Positions 12,860-24,299 of a stretch of 64,000 bases of DNA are shown here, piece by piece (the stretch's first letter is position 1; every line of letters begins with the position of its first letter). The stretch is from Magallana gigas (taxonomy: Eukaryota): contig NC_088855.1 in assembly GCF_963853765.1 (NCBI RefSeq), forward strand, positions 22,878,001 to 22,942,000, read 5' to 3'. Under the pieces are notes generated by a model. The model saw nothing but the letters and a program-made list of their open reading frames with translations, searched no databases and had not been told where the DNA came from. The position numbers and the translations under genes are program-made.

Positions 12860-13677
12860 TTAAGTACCATGCATTAGGCAAATTCTTGTTAAGAATTTCA
12901 ACATCCCATTTAAATCCGATATGTGAGGAATTGTCCCACAAATGGCGTAGGCAGAACACAAATCTTAAAGTCTGTTCACTGCAACTAAGCGTCTATGTTT
13001 TTTTCCATGATCCTTTGACAAACAATTTTAAAAAATCCAGTCGATGTTTTATTTGATTCTTGAAAAAGAAGAAGAAGTAAAAACTAGTCATGTCAGGAGG
13101 CGCAGTATGCGATGTAAAAAATTTCCAGTATTTTCGTCGTTGTTAAACAATTCACGTCGTTTACGATAATAATAACGTTTTATTTCCTAAAATGTATCGG
13201 GAAAAGTTCTCTGGATATGTAAAACAACAGTGATTGGTATTATTTTAGTTTACTATTTGTATTTGCTGCCGATCACTGAAAGGTTACATATTTTATATGT
13301 ATATGCGGTTGGAGATATATACATGTAATAGGTAAATAAGTCAAAGTTTTGTGGCTGAACTTTCTCTCAACTGATATCTGCTATTTACTTGGGGATTTAA
13401 CAAAGCCCATAGGTGCCAGCCAGTTAGGAAAATATTTCATCTTCGAGCTACCATCAGGGCAATCGGTATACGCCTATGGAAGAGCTTATTTATGAGTTCA
13501 AAGAAAAGAAAGTTTCAATACTGCTGGGAACCTCTATGATACTCATTGTAAATTATACAGTTTTAAAAAAAGTAATTAATTAAAATTATATAAAAACAAG
13601 TATTTATTGGGGTGACAGAGAACTTTTTAGAAGACTTTTAAAATAGCATGTCATTTCATTGTTTTTTAATCTGATTA

Positions 13678-13748
13678 AAAGCAGCCGTTCTGATACGCTA
13701 CCGCTCTCGAATCGTTCAAGAGCAGTAACGAATCAGAACGGCTAATTA
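13678..13748. repeat. Mini fold-back (29-bp arms) flanked by 10-bp direct repeats
   Basis: AGCCGTTCTGAT...GAA-TCG-TTC...ATCAGAACGGCT at 13683-13743; TAATCTGATT at 13668-13677 and 13749-13758. Confidence 0.7.
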
Positions 13749-14119
13749 TAATCTGATTGATTGTTTTTGAAGTATACCATTATCTGCCTTTACCCCTTTG
13801 GAATAGGAACCTTGTGTTAAGATCAACATACATGTATTTTCCCTTTTACATGATACTTTGTAGAGGAGAACACTGTGCATTAATGTACAATTTACCTTAT
13901 AACCTGTAGGTTTTTTTTTAGCAGATCCTATCTAAATATATCATGTTACACTTTAAAAAAATTACATATTGATATGTCAGCCCCAAGTATAGGTTAGACA
14001 TCAATTTCATGAAATAAAAAGTATGATATATTAACTTAAAATATAAACAAACTTAGATAAACCTTATGAAAAGAAGCAAAATTGTATATGTCACAATTAC
14101 GGCCCGCCAAATTCGCATC

Positions 14120-14520
14120 GACTGTTAATTATAGTTTACGAATTTTTCATCTGTAAAACCATATTTAAAGATTGTAAAACGGATACGAATGCAAATATAA
14201 GTTTTCTATCCATAAATAACGTTTACAATAGATGTTTTGCTGATAGATACAGATTCATATCTTTAAACTTTAATTTACATTCGTTAGCTTTGGTTAAGAG
14301 TTGTTAATCATAGTTTCACAATCGTGAAACTATATTTATCAGATAAACTATGTTTTGCAATCTCAAATGGTTGTCTTCAGTGTTAATTATATAGTTTTAC
14401 ACTTCTAAAACAGATGAATGTGTTAACTATGGTTTGCAGAAGTGAAATATAGATCGTTATAACTATAGTTTTCCGTCCGCAAACTACAGTTTACAGCCGA
14501 TAAACCTAGTTAATCGACTA
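14120..14520. repeat. Degenerate short-period AACTATAGTTT-type repeat tract
   Basis: Repeated AACTATAGTTT / TATAGTTTCAC / AACTATGGTTT motifs. Confidence 0.55.
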
Positions 14521-16676
14521 ATTCAACTGCATTTTGTAACAAGCATAATATTAGAGGCGATAAGAAATTGTTGTCAAATATACGATCAAAAAATCAAAAC
14601 TTTTTTTTAAAATACTCCTTTAATGTACCCACATTCAAAATGTTTGTCTTATACTTTTGCAGCACGAAAGTCTCATTTAAATGATTCATTCCACCTTAGA
14701 TTACTTTGCCAATATACTTCTCAAATTATTATTTATTAGTGACCAAAAGTATTTGCAAGTGTTTTAGAATAATCATGGATAACTGTTTTTATTTTACCAT
14801 CCCTTGAAAAGGCGATATAACTTTCTAAACATTTTTATTGCAACAATTTTATTGTATGATGTCGAATTTTGAAAGGGCGTTTCTTTGAAGGGAAAAAGCT
14901 TCTGGGTAAACTAAAATTTCCTAAACAAAGTTGTAAACAAAGTATGATAAAAATCTATATTTATTCTAGTAAAACTAGAAACATAAACTTTCTTTATAAA
15001 AATTTAATTGAAAAGAATTGCTTTAAAAAAGGAGCTCAATGTACTAAAGTTGTCCAAAATTATATTAAATATTGCATGAAATTAAATAGCGCATTTTACG
15101 GGAAGTGTGGAATCGTAGTAAAATGGCGTCGACTGCGTTTGAGGCGACTTGTGTAGCACCTCTTTCCTTAAGAGAAGGAGCGGTAACAAATACAATTTTT
15201 ATAAAGATCTGAACTATCTCCGATCCTCAGCAATGTTCGATAACTCTAAATTATCCAATTTTTTTTTCGTATCATAAATTTGCCTTTTAAATAGACAAAT
15301 TTAATTAGCACTGTACTGTTAATACTACCCGTTGCTATTCAATGTACTGTTTGGCTTTGTGGATTCACGGCGACCTACTACTTAAATGGATAGGTATTTG
15401 AGCCACCTTTGCACCAGATTAAACCTTTTTTTTTCTAATTTGATCTCAACTTGTATGTTTATTCCATTGCATGTACATGTATATCTATTGTGGTCAAAGT
15501 TGCAATAAATTCGTAAAATTTTGGATACCATAAACAAATTTCTTTTTGTCTTATTTCATTTATAAAGTTTGAAGGATAAATAACACATTTTTATGATGAA
15601 AAAAATACTTTCAAACTAAGGATCGGAGAATCTTAAAGCACTTTCTAAAGCAACATAATTGCTTAGAAAATTCAAATGCATTTTTTGATCTAGTAGTCAA
15701 ACAAAATACAATACTATTTTTTTTATAGTATAATTACACGAGTATGATGACAACTAAGTGGAAAAATGAACCGACGAAAAACAATTAGTCGAATGCTGAA
15801 CGACACATTCGACATTATGTATTGAAGTTGTTTGGAATCGCCAGATCGTTTGTTCTTAGGCAATATTTCATCAACTAGAAAAGCATAGTGAATACGCATG
15901 ATCATCATGGATGTTTTGCTTGGGTTTATTTCCCATTTAACGTGGGATGATCTCAAAGAAGAAACTGGTTGTCCCGAAAATTGGTGATTTTCAGTAGTCG
16001 TTGGTAATTTCTTATGTTCTTTATCATCTACTAGTATTGGCTGTTTAGTATTGCTTAGACCCGATAACTTAGAATGCTTATTGAGGTTTATGATTGCACA
16101 AAATGCAACCGTTGCTATTTATTTTGTATCTAGCAAAAGTAAATAATAACCTTGCTTTTTCTTTAACCCTTTCACATTCATGTACAATGTACACGGACTT
16201 CTGTGCGCTGCGAGAGGTTTAAAACAGTTTTGATATGAAATATCCATTTTGGTAGGCATGGATTTGAATATCAAGCTAGAAAACAAACACTTCTTGAAAT
16301 AAATGATATTGTAGTTTTCCAATATCCCGTATACATATTCAATGCACATTAATCCGCTAATTATGTAATTATTTGACCCAAAAATGACAAAGGGAAAAGC
16401 GTGACAAAAGATTAAATAGCCAAAATCGTCTTTACATTGTATTTTTTTTAAAAACGTCTACTATCATTGAATATCTGAATACATTCTAGGGCAATTTGAT
16501 CAGCCTATTAAGACTTAATGAAAACATGTTAACTTTTCACTTTAAATTTTGAAACATAAACTAGCCCGTACCATCCTTTGTTGCATTACAAATACAGAGA
16601 GATAGAGAACCAGACGAGTTTTCTTTTTCTACTCGTTTTGAAAGTAGGAAAATAGGTCTTCATCAAGAGAAAAAAA

Positions 16677-17906
16677 ATGAAGCCCGTGCTGTTTGTGGTT
16701 TTCCATATAATCCTGTTACCAAATCAGTCTCTTGGCTGGAATTTGACGGAGTACAACAACGTTTACAATGCCGTCTTGTCCGGATACAACAAGGATGCAA
16801 GACCAATCATGGACCAGACCAAAACCATAAATGCCACGTTAGACTTTTATCTGAGAACAATCGCTAACCTTGACGAAGTTTCCAGCGAGTTGGTGACCGT
16901 TGGTCTCTTCACAATCATATGGAGAGACGAAGTAATCACCTGGAACCCATGGTCATACGGCGGCACGGTATCGGTAAACATCGACGAATCTCTGGTGTGG
17001 AAACCATCTATGACACTCCTTAATCCAATGTTTACTAATGTTGGTCTGCTTGGCTTCAAGCAGTCTAAAATACAATATTTCTACGATGGACTCGCTTACT
17101 GGAACATAGCTGATCGGTATCAAACAACATGTGACTTTGATACAACATATTTCCCTTTTGACAAACAAACCTGTGAAATAAAAATCATGGCTTGGGACTA
17201 CACTACCCAGGTAGTCATGATGTATCCGTTAGTCTCAGTTGTCAATTTGACATATTTCACTGAAAACGGAGCCTGGGAGTTGCTGTCAACAGAGACCAGA
17301 TCTGAAACTCTGTCCTACTACTCCGTCGTAGTATTCAGTCTAAACTTGAAGAGGCGGGCTTTGTTTTTCGTTACCAATCTTCTGATCCCCGTGTTCACAA
17401 TGTTGATTTTGAACACATTAGTTTTCATTTTGCCACCAAACAGCGGCGAACGTGTGGGCTACTCCATCACGTGTCTCCTAGCTTTAGCGGTTTTTCTTAC
17501 TCTTGTATCAGAAGGTCTTCCGCAAGTTTCTAAACCTATGCCAGTGATTGGATATGTGTTGACAGTTTATTTAGTTATCTCTGCGTTAATTTGTGTCGAG
17601 ACAATATATATTTTGCGCCTTCATTTCCGAGAAGAAAATGAAAAAATTGCATCATTTTATGTTAAAATCTACAGATTATTTACTTGTTCTTTCCGTACTT
17701 CCGGCAACAAACGGACTGGAACTGTGAGAAACTTTTCATCAAACGTCGACTTAGAAGACATCAAAGACCCAGAAAAATCGGAGGCTGCACCCTTGACATG
17801 GAAGATTCTGGCATGCTGTTTAGACCGAATTTGCTTTCTAAGCAACCTGTCTATTGTTGTCTTAGTGGCTATTGTGTTTTTCGTGATCGTCAATGTGATG
17901 TCTTAA
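16677..17906 (+). CDS. Intronless Cys-loop ligand-gated ion channel, nAChR-like non-alpha subunit (copy B), 409 aa
   Basis: Single ORF colinear with copy A; Cys-loop CDFDTTYFPFDKQTC; M2 GERVGYSITCLLALAVFLTLVSE; no vicinal Cys pair. Confidence 0.96.
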   Translation: MKPVLFVVFHIILLPNQSLGWNLTEYNNVYNAVLSGYNKDARPIMDQTKTINATLDFYLRTIANLDEVSSELVTVGLFTIIWRDEVITWNPWSYGGTVSVNIDESLVWKPSMTLLNPMFTNVGLLGFKQSKIQYFYDGLAYWNIADRYQTTCDFDTTYFPFDKQTCEIKIMAWDYTTQVVMMYPLVSVVNLTYFTENGAWELLSTETRSETLSYYSVVVFSLNLKRRALFFVTNLLIPVFTMLILNTLVFILPPNSGERVGYSITCLLALAVFLTLVSEGLPQVSKPMPVIGYVLTVYLVISALICVETIYILRLHFREENEKIASFYVKIYRLFTCSFRTSGNKRTGTVRNFSSNVDLEDIKDPEKSEAAPLTWKILACCLDRICFLSNLSIVVLVAIVFFVIVNVMS

Positions 17907-18346
17907 TTAGGCTAAAAAATTTGGACACGTACTTTTCTTTTAAATTTCTACACGTTTATAATAATCATAAAATCGTGAGTTGGACTGAATTATTTTTTAA
18001 TTTGCTCACTTCAATATCCAAACATGAAAGAGAAAGAGTTTACTTTGGAATACTTATTCATTTAACCAATCTAATTACTAAGTATATAAGAAATAAAGGC
18101 AAGGTAAGCAAAAGTTAATACATTTATAGACATATTAGTCTAAAACGTTAGAATTACAATCGAAAGTGAATAGTTCTAATTTCATAAATTAAACATTACA
18201 GGGTGATGGATATATAACAAACACTAAATGTGTCAGAAGAAGGACAATATTCAAAGATGTTTTGAAAACTTTTCAAAAAATTTCTAAGACGAGAAAATTT
18301 CAATGCCAAAAAATGACGTTTATCAATAAATCAGGTCATGATTCGG

Positions 18347-18577
18347 TAAACCAACTTTTATTTGAGTGCGAGAAATTTTCGCAAGATTTGCGAGATCCTC
18401 GTCGTCTCATGTTTTTTTTTTTCGCTTCAATCCAGTTCTGGTCGTATTTGTGGTCATGGTTGAATTAACAACAAACCTCTAGATAAGGCTTGGTCGCTAA
18501 ATTTAGTTGTCGCGAACTAGTTTATCTCTAGTTAAACGCGAAATAAAGTCGTCGCGAATTTCAGTTGGTTTACAGTA
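18347..18577. mobile_element. Tc1/mariner-type MITE
   Basis: Left GTAAACCAACTTTTATTTGAGTGCGA is the inverse of right TCGCGAATTTCAGTTGGTTTACAGTA. Confidence 0.6.
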
Positions 18578-20283
18578 TTTGCCTATGAATCTAGATATGT
18601 GTTGTTGACCTATACTTTTATTTCATATATAATATATTTATTTTTATTTTTATAAATGTCCAAATGTACCATTAACTTGTAATTCTTACGTCTTATTCAT
18701 TTACTAGCCACTAAAACAAATGTATAAACATTCTAAATACATGTATTAGATGTATCCATTTTATTTTCTAAATTGTTGCATATATACATGTCATAGCTTA
18801 TCATTTTTTTTCTGAACAGTTTTGCGTGATACATGTGTAAGTTACAACTTATTTCTTTATCAGATATTTTAAACTTTTTAAATCCCTTTTCTCATTATGG
18901 ATGTTGAAAACAATAAACAACTGAAAATGAATAAATTTACTTGTTGTCTATACCTTTTTATGATAGAACCAAGAAAATGAAACTATCTAAGTATTGCGAT
19001 ATTTTATTAATCTTCTAAACAAATCCTCCTTTTGTTCAGGAGCACGTAGAACCAATGAACTTGTATCTTTTACAAAAGGCTAAAAATGTCACTAGTATAT
19101 GAATTTTACAAAAGTAAGTCTTTATATTAAGGTATTCTTTAAAATCTATATCCTAAGGAAAGTTTCTTTCATGGTAACAAAATCCATGGTCGGTCTTAAG
19201 GAGGCTGGTTTGTCATCAGATGTACCTTAAATTTTCGAAAATGATTTACTCAGCTTAAAACTATTATTCAGTAATAATTTTCATATTTTTTTTTAACTTT
19301 AGAATTTGAATTTTATCCTTATACAGAGTTCTTTTTATGGATATTATTAAAGGAAAAAAAATGGGCACGACCATTTAGACGGACTACACATTTTGTATAT
19401 GTATGTACTAATAAGTTAAATGGAGTCGTAATTTTAACAATTGCACAATCAGCTATAGATATGTCTTCCTATCTGTAATTATAGTGTAAGAATCTTGATA
19501 AAAATTATATCAAGTATTTCCAAGAAATGTTCTTAATCTTCTTAAACTCGAACAACTGCTGCTGTCAAAATGGGGGAAGAAATGATTTGGCAAATCAAAG
19601 AAACCAACAATGATACAAAGATAAATTTTAAAACTTAAAAAAAAAATTCTGAAAACATTTCCCCCACTTTCCACATTCATTTTGATGTTAGTTCTTCAAC
19701 ATACATTATGTTTACTTTACTTTAATTTAAATTTTAACAGTACAGCAATATCAATAACTATATACAATGCCAAACTGACATTGCTAATAACACACACAAA
19801 AAGAAGTTTTAATATAATAAACCAATTCTGGTTTGAATGCATTTTAATCGGCAAAAAGTAATGAGTCTAATGTTTAAATAATTAAATATTATCTAATATT
19901 TAAAATTTTATTTTGTTCAATATTCACTACATATAGTTGCAGGTCTATAGCTCTGGGTCTTAAAAAAAACTCGGATGGACGACCAAGTACGACCGACATT
20001 GACCTGTATTATATAAGTAAAGTCCAGAATTGACTTTGAAATTAAAAAAGGAAAAAGAAAAAGGCTGTTCTGTCCAATTTGTTTTTACAATTCATTTTTA
20101 AACATTTAAAATAATATATTAGTTGGATACATTCCAGGTAACTTTGCTCAGTTTACAAGTATTTAAACTGTTACTATAAGTGTTAAATTAAACGTTAAAT
20201 CCTTCTGGATAGACATATCTTTAAATGTAGCATTAAAGACGTAACATAGAGATAGGTCACTGTGCTTTACCTGTTACAAAACA

Positions 20284-20765
20284 CTATAAAGTCTGTCCCA
20301 AGTTATTGCTTCCATCAATATTTGATGATTTTTAATAAAAATACACATACCTGTGAAAGAAATACAATTGAAAAGATGAAAGGGAATATATCCAAGATAT
20401 TTTCATTGAACAATTATCCCTTTTCACTCATAAAATTTCACAGGAACGAAAACAATTTTCTTACGGAGATTTGTAATGGGAAATGTTTACATCTTTTCTC
20501 CATTCGGAATACACTCGGACTACATCGCGCAATTTTTCAACATTATCATCCGGGCTTATTAATGGCTGATGCAATGCAAATTCTCCGTAGATTTTCAATT
20601 TTTGGATGTGTATTGAAACCTGAAGCGGTAGAGGGGGCGTTTCAAAACAGATAATCTGGACATTTTTCTTATTAGTGGATGACGTAGTTTGAGTACAAAG
20701 GTATTTACTATTATTGAAATATCAAGCAAAAAGTGGTGGAAGCAAAAACTCGGGACAGACTATAG
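20284..20765. mobile_element. MITE, copy 1 (TIR CTATAGTCTGTCCC...GGGACAGACTATAG)
   Basis: Inverted termini. The internal sequence (AAAATACACATACCTGTGAAAGA...CTCCGTAGA...TTGAAACCTGA...GGGGCGTTTC) matches 29457-29771. Confidence 0.75.
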
Positions 20766-20810
20766 CTAACGATAAGTTGAAGAATTCCTCCAGATGAACA
20801 AAAGAATAAA

Positions 20811-21030
20811 AGAAAGATAGTTCTTTTTGTGTGTTTCTGTTTATGGTCCATTAATTTACTTTTGGATTGATGCTGACAGAGTAGAACAACTGTAACAACA
20901 CTATTTAAAAACAACAAGGATGGCAGATCCGTTCTGAACCACAGCAATACCATTCTTAACAAGTAAAAGTATACCATCGCTAACTTCAAAGAAAGAAGGG
21001 TACAGGAAGATGATACTGTCAACTTTCACT
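20811..21030 (+). pseudogene. Eroded 5' fragment of a third nAChR-like paralogue
   Basis: KIVLFV (copy B: KPVLFV); LTE*NN (LTEYNN); NKDGRSVLNH (copy A: NKDGRPVLDQ); TIANFKE (TIANLDE). In-frame stops and frameshifts are present, and no downstream homology was seen. Confidence 0.7.
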
Positions 21031-21959
21031 TTTATATCCCGTAATTTGAGAATATCAATTTAACCGAGTTGTGAAATTTTCGTGAAGACGGAATTCAGCG
21101 AAGATTTTAAATTCTTTTAAGACATATAATCCAAGATTATCCCGAATTTTTAAATCGATTACTCTCTCCCACGCTTTGTTATATACTCCATTATATGCAA
21201 GATCCCGTTTGATTCGAAGTATCTAACTTTTTACAGTTACATGTATACCAGTATTTAGGTGACATTTTCAAATATTTTTGTCCTCATTATAACGGATTCT
21301 CAACTATATATATGTAATAGTGTTAATTGTGGCTGTGTTTTTAAGAGGAGTAAATGGAAAATAATGTCCCTTTATTTGTTACTATGAAGAAGACATTTTC
21401 ATTTTCTTCCTTATACTTTGAATAACAAATCAAGACATTAAGATATTTATAATATTTTGATATTTTTATTACAACTTTTGTTTGTATCAAACCCTCCACC
21501 TGTATGGTAGTAGCACCTGAGACTAATTAATTTTTAACAAATGAAAAGGGACATTTATAAATAAAACGAAGTAATAAATTTCTAAGAAATATGGATTTCG
21601 TTTCAAATGTCCATTCATCATCTTACAATAGTAGCCGGCTTTACCGACTTACTTTAAAGACACTTTAAAGTCAAAATATATATATATGAACTACATGCAC
21701 ATCGAATCAATACATTTTATATCATTAATAAAAACAAGTCAAAGCGAAGTATGATACAAAAATATTCAATGAGTCATGGAATAAAGTCTTAATTATGAAT
21801 AATGATATTTGTACAATAAGCGTCAAGAGAAACACATAATCATATACAATGTAAACCAAGATGAAAACGTATCGCATATTTAATTAACGGTATATTACAT
21901 AGTGTCAAACCTCAGTTTTACAATATAATGTCATATATCATAACGCTCCTATTTCGTTT

Positions 21960-23780
21960 GTATATCAAGAAGTAACTCAAACTAAACTCCCTTCAACAAA
22001 CGACCACCGACTGTTTGTAACAGCAGACTCCGTAACAAATATCACATGACACACCTTCTCTTAAGAGGCAAGCAGAAATGCTTGCATCCAAAACGTGAAA
22101 CTTTGAAATATTTCAGATATCGGTCTTAAAACTACTGCTTTTCAACTACAACTATGTACACAAAAGATTAAAGATGTGGGCATTTACCTCATTTTACCAT
22201 ATCCGGACAATGTATCCTTGCAACTACACTTGCAAACAGTGCCTAAACCAGACATCCACCATAACTTCGTAAGATTTGCTGAGTCTTAATGTTGAGCTAA
22301 TATTTTCGTGTCATCGTTCTTTTCCCACTAACAATTCTAGCAACGTCTATTTTCCCTTTCCCATTTACACAACAATTAAAAATAATCATATCCTAAAACA
22401 ACACACAAAAAACAACACTTACATACAACATCAATCCTATACCAGACAACTACACCATTAAAGCATGCAATCTCACAACATTTAGTTTACAACATCAATA
22501 TTTAAGGTAAACTAGTTAGTATTCTTAGTATTCTAAAACATGCGGAACAACATGACTAAACACAGATTATTCCAGATTTGAGTTTGTCCTGTCACCATCA
22601 TCAACAATAGGGTATGTACAACACTTCAAATTTGGAACTATCTATACATCAAACTAAACCATCACCAATCACAACAACGAAAACGACATCGAGATACAAC
22701 AAACCAAGTTAAACAATTTATGTTCGCAGTTAATTCCGTCACCATAACAACAACTAACACACAACAACATCGAGATCGATTAACCCAGTACAACAACTAA
22801 TGTTAATGCTAGTAGTTAGTTCCGTCACCGCCACAACTATCACAACAACAACATTAGAATACAACAAACCCAGTACAACAAATAATGTTAATGCTTGTTA
22901 GTTCCATCACCGCCACAACAGCTATCACAACAACAACATTAGAATACAACAAACCCAGTACAACAAATAATGTTAATGCTTGTTAGTTCCATCACCGCCA
23001 CAACAGCTATCACAACAACAACATTAGAATACAACAAACCCAGTACAACAGCTAATGTTAACATTTCCACCACCATCACAACAGGAACAACATCAAAATA
23101 CAGAAACCCAGTACAACAATTAATGTTAATGCTAGAAATTAGTTCCGTCACCTTTACAACAGTTATCACAGCAAGACACATTAAGATACAACAAACCCAG
23201 TACAACAAATAATGTCAATGCTGGTTGTCAGTTCCATCACCATCACAACAGCAACCACACAAACAACATCAGAATACATAAAACCTTGAACAACAATAAA
23301 AGTTAACAGTAAATTCCGTCACCATCATAACATATATCACAACAACAACAAAGCTAACAACAACAGAATCACTTTGGCTAAATTATTCACTGGAAAAGTT
23401 TAAATGTTCTTTTAACCTTTATTCCCAAACAACGTTCGTACTTTGTAAGCCATTATTTTTTGTTTATTTTTAAAGTTATGCTTGGTGATACAATGAAAAC
23501 CAATGTTTCTGAGGAAATTATATGTATTAACAGCAAAACAGGCAAACAGTGACCTAAATAAACAACAACACATCTAGTTACCACCCCACCCCCCGGTAAC
23601 AACAAACAACACTAATCCATCACCAAGACAACAAACAATAATTACCCCGCCATGACAACAAACAACACTACCTTTTACCGTAACAACAAAGTGCACTCAA
23701 AAACATTTACTACTACAACATCAATAACTTAAACAACGATAACATACATCCCTTTTACAACCTACTCTACTTAATTATTT
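21960..23780 (+). repeat. Decayed Thr-rich (ACA/AAC-rich) mucin-like region with an ~85-bp tandem repeat core at ~22620-23400
   Basis: TTAGAATACAACAAACCCAGTACAAC recurs at 22854, 22939 and 23024 (period 85). Translates in patches as TTTTTLEYNKPSTT...SSITATTAIT, but is interrupted by frameshifts and stops. Confidence 0.75.
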
Positions 23781-24299
23781 TAACCGATCTATTGCCTACA
23801 GGGAAAAATACTGATATGACTAACGAGTTTTAAAAACTTCATTATAAATCAATAAGAAATAATAATTATCATAATTACTATACAAGGAGAGCATATGATA
23901 TTTGTAAGGAGCACTTTGACTAGAACACAAAGGGAAGATGAACAGCAAATACTTAGTATGCTACGACATGACCATATTTATGAAGAATCATTTCAAAATG
24001 TCGCTGATAATGAATGAAAAAAGATGCGCACAAAAGCAAAATAAGCTCTACAAGGAATTCTCTGGCAATTCGATCAATCCCACCTAGGAATTGCCTTTCC
24101 TTCCAATCTCAAGCATAAAGTACATGTATTACAAATATAATTTTTCCGATCGAGCGGTACATGAGACGCGACCCCATACGTTGTTCTTCTAGTGTTTGGC
24201 ACTTGACTGGTTTCGTGGCAAGAACCAGTTCGATTTGTTACTCTACCACTGACTGGTCGTTGATTTGTTATGGTTCATCCATTGTTCATCTATTTCATG

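Noticed and set aside
20262-20654. 130-aa ORF as a transposase or gene
   Set aside because: Lies within a non-autonomous MITE, has no catalytic motif, and the frame is not preserved in the second copy.
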